The notes beneath the pieces were generated by a model, which ran no database searches, had not been told where the DNA came from, and saw only the letters and a program-made list of their open reading frames with translations. This document shows, piece after piece, positions 26,979 through 41,230 of a DNA stretch of 64,000 bases. This DNA comes from Schmidtea polychroa (taxonomy: Eukaryota). How positions within the stretch are numbered: position 1 is the stretch's first letter; every line of letters starts with the position of its first letter. Location: positions 236,098,001 to 236,162,000 of the forward strand of contig CM097885.1 in the NCBI GenBank assembly GCA_044892525.1, given 5' to 3'. The position numbers and the translations under genes are program-made.

Positions 26979-29900
26979 AGTGACGATATTTAAATTGATA
27001 TATTGTTTAAATATTCAGATTTTATAATAAATATATATTTGAAAATAACGTGTTAGTTTAATGACTTATAATGAAAATGTTACTGGCGACCACGCCGAAA
27101 TCGCAGCTCTGACGAGATCACAGCAAAGGCAGAAAATTGTGGAATCTTTGCCAAAGAATATTCAAGATTCAATTTATCCAGTGATAAAGAAGTATTTTGG
27201 AAGAAAAGAAGAAAATGCAAAGGACTGGCTTGTATCTATTGAAGAATTTGTGACGATAAATTCGCTCAATTTAGGAGCAGCATTCGATTTGTTATTGCAT
27301 GGAGACGCAAAAGAGTTTTGGATGGCCTTTAAGGACGCACAAAAGACTCCGGCCTCAGATCAAAATATCGAAGACATGAGTCTGATAAAGCAGAGATCGG
27401 ACGAAAGGTTTGAAAATTTTGTAATCAGAGTGAGGAAATTAGTGCGCAAAGTTCTTTCCGCAAATCAAACAGAAGACATGATTGTCAAGGATATTGTAAA
27501 AAAAACGTATGTATTCAGAAAAAGTTAATGATGCAATTGCAATGAACCCAGAAGTATCTCTTACAGAATAGAGAAATTGAATGTAAATTTTGAAAATATT
27601 TTACATACAGAAGACACCAGAGAGGTATTTGTATTGGCAGATGATAGGAAAAAATCGTCGTATGCATCAGTAACAAGGAATAAAATTCCAGTAAGGCAGA
27701 ATGTTCAACCATTGATTAGACCATCAGTTCCTGAGACTAACCGGTATGTAAGTAAAAATAGAAGTTACGAAAATTATGACAATAGACGACATGGTACTGA
27801 AAGAAGACGAAGCTCAGAAAGTTTATTGGTAAATGAGAGATCCAATAGGCCTATGGTTTCTTTGAAACATATTGCAAGACGATTTTACAACAAATCGAAA
27901 GGATTACCGGAACCAGAATTGCGACCTTTTCAACCCGGTCAATGTTTCTGTTGTGGTGAATCAGGTCATATTCGGAACAATTGTCCTTTAAGCAAGTGTT
28001 GTTTAATATGCGGTAAAAATGATCATTTTTTACTAACTGGCCTCTATTAAGGAGTAATAATACAAGAAGAATTCACTGTATTCAAGAAGAAAATAATTTA
28101 GGAAATCTGACTTATTCGTATGAAGACCTTGAGAATGATGTCACTTCAGAATCTGAAGTAAATGAAATAGGATCGATTACAGGAAGTAATAGGAAAAAAA
28201 TGACAAAGACCGTCCTTTAAACGAGATACGCTCCATGGCAAACATTTCGTCTGTGGAGTCGTTGAATTAAATGTGCAGAACACAGAAAACCGAAATGTTA
28301 TGATGTTCAAGAAGACGAATGGAAGGTGGTGAAGTTTTGTTCAGTGTTGTGGAATAGTGATTGAGATGTTCTGGGATACAGGTGCGTCGGTTACTGTAAT
28401 GTCGGAGGCCATATGGAGGAAGTGTGGCAGTCCAGTTTTAAAAGCGGTAGATATGGCGCTCAGAGGGGCGTTTGGAAATAAGTCTAAATCATGCTTAGGT
28501 GACTTTACAACTTCGAATGTTTGGAATGAATTGTGTCAGAAAGTGAATGTAATTGTGGTTAGGGATATAAGTCCAAGTTTTGTAGGTGGAATGAATTTGA
28601 TTTTAGCTTTTAAAATAAAACTTGTGCCAGATACATCAATTGCATTAATAGATTCAGATACGGTTAGTGTTAGCTACAGTGATACCGAACGATGTAAAAA
28701 AGCGCTGGATGTTTTTGGACCAAATTCAGACCCAAAACTGGTGGAGTTAGTAACCATGTATAGTACGATCTTCATGGCATCAGATTTTGATCTAGGTTGT
28801 ACTAGTTTGGTTACACATACTATAAGAACCTCTGGAAATCCAATTATTTAAAATCATAAGCTCATGGCAATGCAGATGGAATCAAAAGTGGACGATATGA
28901 TTATGAAATTATTAAAAATGGGCAATATCAGGAAATGCCAAAGCCCATGGAATTCACCTATGGTCGTGGTACGTAAGAAAGACGGATCAATCAGGATGTG
29001 TCAAGATTTTAGGAAGGTTAATGAAGTTACTGAAAAATTCAGTTTTCCAATGGCAGACTCTCAAACAATATTCGATTCTTTGTCCAGATCTTCAGTTTAT
29101 TCGTCCCTAGACTTGGGGCAGGCATATTATCAGGTACATGTGAATGAAGCGTCTCAGTTAACAAAAGCGTTTTCTACAAAGAAGGGACAGTTTTGCTACA
29201 ATCGAATGCCATTTGTATTATCCACAGCTCCAGCAACTATCCAAAGACTTATGCACATATTATTTGATGATATTTGGTATAACGGGGTTGCAGCATATTT
29301 AGATGATGTTCTGATGTATGGAAAAACTATCGAAGAACAAAATAGAAATTTGGAGGAAGTTTTCAAGCGAATTAAATCAGCAGGATTAAAGATCAATCCT
29401 AAGAAGTGTAGTTTTTATAAGAGTGAATTGATATTCTTGGGCCATAAAATTTCAGCAGAAGGAATATCCACGAATAACAATATGATAAAGAGAATTATTG
29501 AGGTTGAAATACCGAAATGCAGCAGACAACTACGTTCATTTTTGGGATTAGCAAATTATTATCGCAAATTTGTTCTAAATTTTGCTGAAATAGCGAAACC
29601 ATTGTATGAAGCTACAAAGGGACATGAAAAAGATATTGAATGGAATGACAAGTGTGAAGAAAGTTTCCGAAAACTTAAACAGGTATTATCGAGTGCACCA
29701 ACCTTGGCGTTTCCAAATAAGGTCGATTACTTTATTTTGGACACTGACGCGTGTTTTAGTGGAATTGGTGCTATTCTAAGTCAAGTTCAAAATGGTTGTG
29801 AAAAAGTCATAGCATATGGTTCAAGATTTTTAAGTGCTCACAAGAAAGGATACTGTGTAACTAGAAAAGAACTATTAGCAATATATGAGTACGTCCTATA

Positions 29901-31485
29901 TTTTCGGCATTACTTATATGGAAAAAAAGTTTGATATACGTACGGATCATAAGGTTTTAAAGTTCTTAAAATCAACTTCGAAACCAATAAGTCCACAATT
30001 CCAAACATGGTTTGAGTGAGTTGTCAGGTTATGATTTTAATTTAAAATATAGGAAGGGTGAAAATCATAACAACGCTGATGGACTATCGAGGATATTGTT
30101 AAGTTATTGCTCACAATGTCAAATCGAGCACGAAGAAGGAAAACTTGAGAAGAGCTGGATAAGATTTTTAAACATTATTACTTCAAGTAATTTAAATATG
30201 CAGTTATATATTGAGAATCAGGAAGCAGATAATTTGTTGTCTACAATAAAGAAATATGTACTAAACCCGAGTCCCGAGATACCTCACTTGATTCGGGATT
30301 CACCTTATTTCAAAAGATTGGATCAGATATTGGTAAAAGACAATATGTTATTAATAGTAAATGATGATAAGCAGAAGATATTAATTCCGCAGAAGATAGC
30401 GTCACAAGTCGTACAGCATATGCACAAAGAACTTTGTCATTCAGGAGTTAAGAAAACAACAAATTATATGAACGATTATTTCTTTTGGATACACATGGTA
30501 ACCGATATACGAGATTTTATAAAAAAAATGTGATATATGCATGAGAAGGAAAGTTTTGACAGGTAAAACAGCTGAATATTTAATTCCTATGGTAATAATG
30601 AATTTGATGGAACAAATCGTAATCGATATTGCTCATATGAAGGAAACCAGAAACCGTAACCGTTATTTGGTAGTTATAATTGATCAGTTCAGCAAGATGG
30701 TTAGTTTAACGCCTACTCCAAACCAACATGAAAAGACTGTATATCGTGTACTTTTACACAATTGGATATACAAATTCGGTAAACCAGCTTACATTGTTTC
30801 GGATAGAGGTAAGGTTTTCGAGGGAAGTCAAATTTTAACATCGAATGGATATTTACGTCGCCATATGATCATAAATCTAATGGTTTAGCAGAACGGGTAA
30901 TACGAACAGTTCGTGATATGATCGTGACATTTTTGAGTGATGGTCAAACTGGAGGGTGTTGGGACGACATTATACCAAAAATTGAATATTCCCTAAACTC
31001 AACAACACAGAATTCTACGGGATTTTCGCCAATGGAAATATTATTTGGAAGAAAGGTTAATATACATGGAAAGAATTCATTCATAGATCTTAATCGAGAA
31101 AAAGTATTATTGACAGCACAGAATAATGTTATGGTAGCGGCAGATAAAATGTGATCAAGATATGCAGATAAGAAATGCCATCGGCATTTTGAGGTGGTCA
31201 AAGAGTTCTAGTAAAGATGGATCCACATAAGAGATCAAAACATGGTAATTTGTTCGAAGGTCCTGTAAAGATTCTTGGTTTTCCAACGGAACACAAAGTT
31301 GAACTAGAATATCCAGCTGGGAAAAGATGCAGAAGAATTGAATGGCTGAAAGAGTATCACAGTTCTTAAAGAATGGGAGAGTAACAATATTTAAATTGAT
31401 ATATTGTTTAAATATTCAGATTTTATAATAAATATAAATTTGAAAATAACGTGTTAGTCTAATGACTTATAATGAAAATGTTACT
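26979..31485 (+). mobile_element. Full-length decayed Ty3/Gypsy LTR retrotransposon with 106-bp LTRs
   Basis: LTRs 26979-27084 and 31380-31485 (4 differences seen), PBS TGGCGACCACG, PPT AAAGAATGGGAG and TSD TCAAT/TCAAC. Gag CCHC, protease WDTGA, RT YLDD, RNase H DTDA and integrase occur in Gypsy order, broken by frameshifts. Confidence 0.96.
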
Positions 31486-33480
31486 TCAACAAACATCGAT
31501 ATATTACTGATTTATAGTCTTCAAGTTCTCTTTTCAATATAATTTATATTTCTATGTCGGACAGACCCCATTATCAATTCATCTAACTCTTCAGTAAAAG
31601 TTTACTATTAATTTACCATTTTAACTATGTATTTTGTTAAAACTTTGGTATGAGACTTTGATGTAAAATAATGGAAAAAGAAATTCATGGTATTTACAAA
31701 CTGAAAGATTTAAATAATATTAAATTTTGTATTATTATACATTATTTCTTCCGAAATTTTGCTGAGGAGATGATATCACTTTTGAAACATTTTTGCATTA
31801 TACAAATTTCATTTTCAAAAGAGCCACAATTAATAAATAATGAAATAATATATTAATATATTAAATTCGCAATATTTTTTTAAATAATAATTAATGCATT
31901 TTGTAAAAAAACTAATAAGAATATCACAACTTCTTTCCTACATATCGAGAATTAGAAATTGTGAAACAAATCAATAATAAATGGGAAAAAATCTCTCATT
32001 CTATTAAAACAATTTTAATTAAACTCATAATTCATTTGTTTTATTCTTTAAAATATTTTTATTAAAATTAATATTAAACATTTAATATTTTAATTTTATT
32101 ATGTATTTTAAAATTTGTTTCATGATTCATTATAACAAAGTGAAATTAAAACGAAGCACATTACGGATTATTTAGAGGCAATATTCAAAAGAAATCAGTA
32201 AATAATTTATTCAGACAGGATTTCTGGTTTCAACAGTAATTTCCTAACTAAATGCATCTGTCTGCATATGGCATACTCTAAGTGGATAATTTATGACACT
32301 TGTAAATCATCTCGTTGACTTTATTCCTTGCTCGAGAATTTCTTTTCTCAATTTAAAAAATATTTTTTTTGCATTCTTTGAAATTGATCATGGATTAAAA
32401 TCAAAGGAATTTTGTTTTTTTAGAAAATCTAGTCTGTTAAAAATAAGAAATTGAGCATGTGCTCGTTGTCTTTTGTATAGGATTATTTTGATTTATAAAC
32501 AACGTTTTCTTAATTATGACAATATAAATACTTTATTAAAATGAGATTGAATTCTTTTTATAATTATTATAGAAATAGATAACAGAAATAGCGTTTTTGG
32601 CCAACTAATACACTCAATTCCGAAATTGAGTAACCTCTATAATTCAGGTTGTTGTGCACACCAGTTGAGGTGAGTCACCATTTACGTGAAAATGAAGTTA
32701 CTCAATTTCATTTATTCAATAATTTATTAGCAACAAAAATGGTTTTCAGGTAATTTTTTTAATTTCAAGTATATTTTAAGACTTGAATTTTGATCTTATA
32801 TAATTATGAGATCATTATTCAAGTTCTTAAATATTACTGTTAGCCATCATTTATAATATAATATATTAATAATTAAATTTCAGGTGTTTTTTTAGGAAAT
32901 TTATGATATTTTATGCCTTAATATGGAATATTTATAGATATTTTTATATTTATAAATAAATAAAGTAATCACCAAACACATTTATTTTTTTAAGACATTT
33001 AGGGAAAAATCGGCGTACATGAACGAAATAGTTTTTTAAATTTTTATAATCTTTCTGCAGCTCATTTTCGATGGCATTTTTCTTTCTGTAAATCAAAAGA
33101 TCTCGAAGGACCTTCAATATTTGAAATGCTGCCTTCACACATACTTTAAAATATTTTAATAGTTTGTAATTTAATGAATAAAACTTACATTGTATTTTCT
33201 TCTTTTTCCCTAAAGCTCAAGGTAGAGCTGTCGGAATCTAAATTAAAAGTATTTTCTTCCATTTTTTAATAATTTTAAAATAATTATATTTTAACAATAT
33301 GTTAACAATATGTTAACAGTTATTTGATTCGAAACAAAAATATAAGAATTTTGCATGTATTTTTCATTATGTGTTTTGTGTTGGTGTGTTGAGTTATTTT
33401 TTTCTCACCTTCACAAAACCTATAATAAAGTTACTAAATTTCGGAATGATAAATTTCTACACAGGTAAGTTTGTGTGTTC

Positions 33481-33627
<147 letters not shown>

Positions 33628-33674
33628 ATTTTTTTTAGATTACAGAAGTTATTAAATTTCGGAATTAGGTGTAT

Positions 33675-33772
<98 letters not shown>

Positions 33773-33782
33773 GAGGTTAATT

Positions 33783-34086
33783 CGCGTCTGTGTGCGCGTT
33801 GTATTATGAGATGGTGTTTGTGTTTGTAAGCGCACACAGACGCGATCAGTGTCATTTTTTTTGGTGAATTATCATTTATGTCTCGCGTCTGTGTGTGCTT
33901 TTTACTTTGACATTGGATTGATTTGTGTGCGCACACAAACGCGGACAATTGTGTGAGTTCAGATTTTGGATTTATGTTCGAGTTTTCGGATTTTGCTGGA
34001 ATTTTTGGATTTATTTTGAATGGATCGATTTTGTGTAAAAGATTGGAATTTTCGAGAAGGTTTGTTTTTGGAAAAAATAAATTTCG
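33783..34086. repeat. Alternating-orientation CACAGACGCG module, copy 2
   Basis: Motif at 33783(-), 33833(+), 33884(-) and 33932(+) with about 50-bp spacing, then CGGACAAT and a T/G-rich tail ending ATTTCG. Confidence 0.88.
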
Positions 34087-34089
34087 TTG

Positions 34090-34722
34090 ATGGCTTCGAT
34101 TAATACAGATATTTACTATGATCATAAATTCAACAGGGATGTTCACACATCTCAGAATGGTAAATGTGTGACGTGCAATTATGGATTTATTGAAAGAATT
34201 GAATCTGATAACTCAATGGAAAATGATGATGATGCCTTGAATGTTTTTCATATTATTCGTCATAACTGAATGGAAAATGATGATGATGCCTTGAATGTTT
34301 TTCATATTATTCGTTATAACTTAATGGAAAATGATGATGATACCTTGAATGTTTTTCATCTTATTCGTCATATTCCTGGTGGAAGTAATACAAACGAAAC
34401 TGATGGTTCCTTTTTTATTACTCCAAGAGATACTGATCACATAAATAGTGTTTTTGGCCAGATAATATCAAATTTATTTGGTGGATTGCTGCCGCTGGAT
34501 TTTAGATCCGATTCGTCAGATTACATATTTTCAGATCAAAGTTTCGACAATTTTGTAACGAGTATTATGAATCAATTTGAACAGAGTGGTACTTCACCAG
34601 CAAATGTGGCAGATATTGAGAAATTACAAGTCAAGAAAATCACCGCAGCTAATGATACAGGTTCCATTTGTCTGCCGATGAAGTGTACGAGTTGCCCTGT
34701 TCAGTGTCTCGAAACGTGAATG
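34090..34722 (+). pseudogene. Intronless decayed RNF126/RNF115-like RING-H2 E3 ligase
   Basis: N-terminal Zn finger CVTCNYGFIE, DYIF..FDNFVTSIMNQFEQSGTSPA..IEKL, and RING remnants SIC / EVYELPC / CLET* across frames. Internal about 54-bp triplication. Confidence 0.82.
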
Positions 34723-34726
34723 ATTA

Positions 34727-34771
<45 letters not shown>

Positions 34772-34777
<6 letters not shown>

Positions 34778-37700
34778 CCACAGAGCTACGGGTATTAATA
34801 GAATCCATAACTAAAACGGTATTAACACGTTTATTATTAAAACACAAATACTATTAAAACAAATTATAACGTTAATTTGTTTGAGGAGTTTCTAAAAAAT
34901 AATAATTAATATATAAGTAAGGATTTCAGCATACAATCAAACATGCACAACATCATACCATTATTTTAATACAAATTACAAAACGCCTTACATCCCCCCT
35001 TTTTAAAAACCTTTAACCACTCAATATTTCTCGTGACGGAACTTTCATTTTCCAATTTATTTCATAACTTCGATCATGAATCTTTTTAGTAATCACACCT
35101 GGACCCATGTATCTGTTATCACCTTTATTTCGAACATTTACTTTGATCAATACGCAATCTCCAATTTGAAATTTGCGATTTGTCGTTTGATTGATTGTTT
35201 CTTCTTCCACAATCTCTGAGAACCATTCACTATAAATCTTTTTCCCAGACACCTTTTCAGCTGGAGTCTTCCTAATAGTTTTTTGAAAAGTTGAATTCAA
35301 CATAAACTGAACTTCGGGAAGAACAACCAATGATTTATCTTTGGCTGTTATCTGTATTGCATCTCTAATTGTACGGAATTGTCTCTCAATCTGTCCATTT
35401 GCTGAGTGATGATAAGGACTTGAATAATTAATTTCAATATTGTGGAATTTTGCAAAATCTTTCATTAGTTTTGATTCAAATGATTTATCTCTATCACAGT
35501 TTATTATCTTTGGTGCTCCAAACTTCATTATCCACTAATCTTTCAGTAATCTTACCACTGTTTTTTTATCTTGCGATTTTACTGCTTGTAAAGAAATAAA
35601 CTTACTTATCTATAATCCCAAGAATATATATTTCTCCTTTCATTGCAACTTGTAATGGACCACAAAAAATCTACATAGATTGTTTCAAATAATTTCGAAT
35701 CACTTTTGCAAATTAATTCTTCTTTTGTTTTAGTTGCATCAACCTTTCTTTTCTGCCAGTTTTCACAGGATTGTACAACATTACGAATAGATTGCTCCAA
35801 ATCAAAATTGTTTGATACATACATTTTTACTTTTTTAGCAGAGATATGATATTCTATGATGAATTCAGACTTGTTTTCTTCTGGAATCCAAATTTTATTA
35901 TTATTTGTCATAATCACTCCGTTGACATATTTATAAAAATGTTTTATCTGGCATCATACTAATATTTTCTTTTATATTTTCAATTTCTTCCGAGTTCTTT
36001 TGCCATATTTTTTCAATATTATCAGTCATCAGTGTCAACAATCTTGTTTTTAATTTACCCATTTTAGGATCTTCATGAATCATTTGACATTGAACACATG
36101 TTTCACATTCTTTTCTAGATAAAGCGTCAGCATTACTGTGGTTATCACCTTTTCTGTATTGAATCTCCATGTCCAGACCACTAAGATGGTTAATCCAAGT
36201 TTGAAATTGTGGGGTAATAGCTTTCTTTGTCTTCATCATAAGTGTAATTGCTTTGTGATCCGTCTTCAAAATAACTTTTTACCATATAGATAATGCTTAA
36301 AATGACCAGTAAAATAAAATATAGATAGTAATTCCTTTCTTGTTATACAATAACCCAACTCGTGTTTATTCATAGGTCAGGATTCATATGCAATTACTCT
36401 TTCTTTACTTCTGAGAACTTCAATACAGGTGTAGACGTCAATTTCAGTTTTAAATTTTGAAATGAAGTTTCAACTTCATCAGTCCACTTAAGCTTCTTTT
36501 GTTTGCTTCCACATAACGCTTCTAATACTTTGGAATCTTTGGTGTAATTTTCTATAAATCTGCGATAGTAATTTACCAAGCCTAAAAATCCTCTCAAACT
36601 TTTTACACATTTAGGTCTTTCAAAATTTTTAATAGTTTTAATCTTGCTTTCATCCGTACGCATTCCATCTTCACCAATGATATGACCCTAATATTTTACT
36701 TCTTTCCTTTTGAATTGACATTTTGCTGGACTTATTTTAAGATTTGCTAATTTAATCTTTTGAAAAACCTTTTCAATGGTACTATAATGTTCATTCAATG
36801 TCTTTGAAAATATAAGGATATCATCCAGATATGCAATTGTTCCATTCCAATTTAATTCTCTAAGAACCAAATTCATAAGTCTTTGAAATGTTGCTGGTGC
36901 GGCTGCTATTCCAAATGGCATTCTGTTAAAGTAATATTGCTTGCTTTTTGTCGAAAATGCTGTTTTCAATTTTGATGCATCATCGAGTTCTAATTGATAA
37001 TAAGTATTGCCTAAATCAATTGTCGAGAAAAACTTTTCTCCGTCAAGAATATCTAATAATTCATCAGTATTTGGAATGGGAAAAATCGGTCTTTCTGTAA
37101 TAATATTTAAGGAACGGTAGTCCAAGCATTTTCTTATATCACTACTGATTTTCTTTTAAACACATACTAATGGAGAATTCCAAGGAGATGTACATTATGA
37201 TATAATGCCATATTTCAACATTTATTGAATATTTTCTTCAATGTTTTCTATTAAATGTATAGGTTGTCGCCTAGGGTTAATTACAATCGGACTACCTTTA
37301 GTAAGTATTTCATGCTTTAATAGTTCAGTTTTTTCAACATCCCATTTATGTTTCATAAAAATGCCGTCAAACGTGGAAATTAAATTATTTATTATCTTAT
37401 CTTCACTCTTGTGACTTTTCCACAATTACATTTATTTTGTCTTTACGGTTTTCTATTTGCAATTGCATTCCAAATCTTTCGAGAAAATCTATACCTCCTA
37501 TTAACTTTCGGTTTATATCTTTGGCTACAACGAATTCTACTTTTTTAATATCAGAAATTTTATCAACTTTTACATTTAATAAAGTTTTACCGCAAATTTC
37601 AATCGGGCTATCATTCGCGCATCTTAATTTTAAATTACTTGTAGTCATATTCAAATTTCCAAGTTTTTTAAAAATATTATAATCAATCACACTTATTTTA

Positions 37701-39197
37701 GCTCCAGTATCTAATAGGCATACTAATTTTACATTATTTATCATCACGGAAACACTGGGCCTTCCTTGCATTTTATCGTATACTATTATATCATACCGTT
37801 TATCACGATTAAAAACATTTATTTCATTAGAAGTTAGGGGTGGGTCTTTAAAAAGTTCATCCATACAAAATTTATTAATGTATATATTAATATAATTTCT
37901 ATAATCAAAAACACCATCACAACCGTTATCATTCAAACTATCACAATCATTCAAAATCATACAACCCTTACTCATATCATTAATTACCTTTAATTTATTG
38001 CTCCGATCACCTCCTCGTGTGGTGGAGCATTCCCATTTGAGTACTCAAAATCAGCCTCTGGATCCTCGTCACCGAATGCAGCCACTGATTTATGGAAATA
38101 ACTCATGGCACAGATGTTTGAAATGTCCAGATCTTTTACAATGGGCACATTGAATATTGGGGCATTCAGATCTTCTATGACCTTCTTTGTGGCACGCCCA
38201 ACATCGCAAAATTTGATTTGCTCGGACATGATCTCGTGAATGAAATTCCCTGGAATTATAAGGCTTACTTCTATTTATAGGTTTCCATCCATTTGGAATA
38301 GCATATCGATGTTCTCTGGTAAGTCCGCCTTTGTATCTTGGATTAGGTTGAGGTTCTCTTGTATATTCATCTTTGAATCTGGTATTAGCTTCTCGTTCTC
38401 GAATTGATCTGTTATCATAACTATATCTTGGTAAGCTGTTCTTAACAGCATCAGCATAGTGTTGTGTTTTATTCATTGAAGCTAAATCAGCATGAAATAC
38501 ATTAATTTCTTTTGAAACTTGATCGTGTTTCTTTAATCTTTCTTTCATTTCATCATATGATTTTAAATCTTGCATTTTGAGATCTTCTTTATCTTCAAGC
38601 GAATTGAATAGCAAAAATTTCTTTAGTTCTTCTTCATCAAGTTTATGCTTCAAAATATTTTTTGCAAGTTTCTCAATTTTTCAGCAGAATTCTTCGGCAG
38701 CCTCATTTCCTTGCCGATAATTTAGCGCTTCGTTGAGATCATCGATAAGACTTCTGTTCTTAGCAAAAGCGTTTCTTAATCTTTCTGTATAATGCAGAGT
38801 TTCATTAGTCAACTCATATTTCTTCGTTGAATTGATTTATATAAAAGCTTTGACGAATTTGCTTCTGTTTTCATCGATAATATTTGTCATCTCGAAGAAT
38901 CGTTCTGTTTCTAAGATGAAATCTTCCACTTCTGAATCCGTGTCATATGTTTCTGGTGTTTTGATAAAATTTGCAATCGTGGTCGCCATATTAGCCACAG
39001 AGTTACGGGTATTAATAGAATCCATAACTAAAACTGTTATTATCAAAACCCAAATATTACTAAACAAATTATAACGTTAATTTGTTTGAAGAGTTTCTGA
39101 AAAATAATAATTAATGTATAATTAAGGATTTCAGCATACAATCAAACATGCACAACATCATACCATTATTTAAATACAAATTACAAAACGCCTCACT
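34772..39197 (-). mobile_element. Full-length decayed Ty3/Gypsy element inserted in a (TA)n tract
   Basis: LTRs at about 38989-39197 and 34772-34992, PBS at 38988-38978 and PPT at 34993-35004. Gag with two CCHC, LLDTGA, YLDD, RNase H and integrase. Confidence 0.95.
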
Positions 39198-39209
39198 ATA
39201 TATATATAC

Positions 39210-39800
39210 AGATTAATGGGAAAGTGGGAAACAATTTGTGAGACGATTCGAGAGACAATTTGGGAGGCGATTTTGAAAGATTATTTGTGAAACAGTTTAA
39301 GAGATAAAATTATTGGAGAAAATTAGACAAAGTCGGACGAAACGTTGTTGAAGAAATGATTGTGAAAAAGAATTGTAAAGAAAATAATTGTGAAGAATAA
39401 TTGTTGGAGGAGATTTGAATAAAATAATTAGTTGAAAAATTAAACAAAAAGAAGTTGCTTAATTATTTGAATAAACTTGTGAAGAAGGTCAAAGAAAACA
39501 ACCAGCTCAAAGTCCCAGTTGATAAACCAATCAGTAATTTGTGATCTTTTATTCCGGTGTTATACACAAGTGCTATTCCTCACCGAGTGTTGTAGTAAGC
39601 ATTGTATAGTCGCCAAACAGAGTGTTGAATTTATTGTCAGTGTAAAGAGAAAGATTATTTGTGATTATCAATAAAGATTTCTGTTGTCAAGTGTTATTTG
39701 TGAATCGTATAAAGACACGCTTGGAGTCAGAGTAACATTTAAAATTATCACCAATCTAACAATACCATCAACATCAGTCAAAATTAAATATATCGGGAAA
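39210..39800 (+). repeat. LTR-like repeat, distantly related to about 42300-42780 (+) and about 56400-57195 (-)
   Basis: Purine-rich front, ATCAATAAAG polyA signal and shared CACGCT(T/C)GGAGTCAGA motif; boundaries are uncertain. Confidence 0.45.
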
Positions 39801-40004
39801 CCAAAACAATAATTAAGTAACTCTAACATATAAAGGTAAACATTAATGTAATAAAGAATTTTTCTCTTTTCACACTCTGGTGAGTTTCATTTTCTTTGCA
39901 TAATTTTTTTTAATTTAAACGTTTTTATATTATTTCTTGATAAAGATTCCATTTTCAGTCATTTTTTAAAATCTTCTGGATAGTGTCATTGGATAGTGGT
40001 TTGG

Positions 40005-41230
40005 TTATATTTTTGTTTGTGTTTGAGTTTGTGTTTTGTCTTTTGGTGGGTTGTTTTGCGGGTTTTGGTTCTGGTGATAGGGGTTTATTCGCCTTATGTT
40101 TATTTTCATTTTTTTGTTGTTTTTGATTATTGTGGCTACATTTTTGTTGATTTCTAGGAGTTTGAATAGACCTTTGTATTTGGATTCGAAACGTATTGTG
40201 TATGGGTTTTTAATTAAGATGTAATCCGTCGTCAGAACTACTTTCTGTCCTTTCTCTTTAATGGATTCCATGTGTTTGTTTGCTATTTGTTTGTTAGTTT
40301 CGGTGTTTTTAGTTGTACTTGGTTTGAAAACTTTGTATGCTGGACTTTCGTTATCTGTTGAGTTTGGGCTATTTCTCAGTCTTATTAGTTTTGTTGGGAA
40401 TTAATTTAACCAGTTTTGATCTTTGGCTTTTGTTTTGATGCTTTCTTTTAATGTTCTATGAGACGGCACGATTTTCCCGTTTGATTTTGGGTTTTAAGCT
40501 GTTGTTCGGTTCTTTTTGATGTTGTATTTGTTGCAAAGTACTTTGGACATTTCTGATTCGAATTGTCTGCTTTGATCGGTTATGATTGTTTTCGGTTGTC
40601 CATAACGAGCTATCCAATTTAGTTCGACCATTTCACAAATATTTTCTGCAGTGATTTATTTTATTGGGATCACATCGAACCAATTGAATTTTCTGTCTAT
40701 AATTGTCAGCAGGTATTTGTAGTTGTCGTTTGGTAGCAGTGGTCCTACCACGTCTGTGTGTATCGTTTCAAACACTTCGCTGCTTGGAAAGTTTATTTTT
40801 TGTGTTTTGAGCTTTTTGGTTGTTTTGTTTAATTGGCAGCTGTGAAAACTCTTTACATAATTTTTGATGTATTTCCACATGTTAGGCCATACATAATTGC
40901 TATGTATTAGTTTGAATGTTATTTTGTTTCACGGGTGATTAATAGTGTGGATCTTTTCGATGCATTTTTGGTGTAATGCCTCGGGGAGTAGTATTCGCTT
41001 ATTGCTTTCGTTGGAGACATCGTTCCGAACTCCGTTGAGTTCTTGTAGTTTCATGCTGTGTTTAGTAGGGAGTTTGTTTATTGTTTCGTTTTGTCTGGAT
41101 TTAATTTGATCCAATTTGATTATCTTTTCGAATTCCAAGGAGTTTACATCACTTCCTATTCTGGATAGACCATCTGCTGCTATGTTTGATTTTCCCGCTA
41201 CGTAGTTTATTGTATACGTCTGTAGTTTGA
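40005..41230 (-). pseudogene. Decayed Gypsy-type integrase region of a different family
   Basis: NIAADGLSR, HHCC remnant, FETIHTDVVGPL, YLLTIIDR, IITDQSRQFES and YKGLFK (GPY/F-like). Confidence 0.85.
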
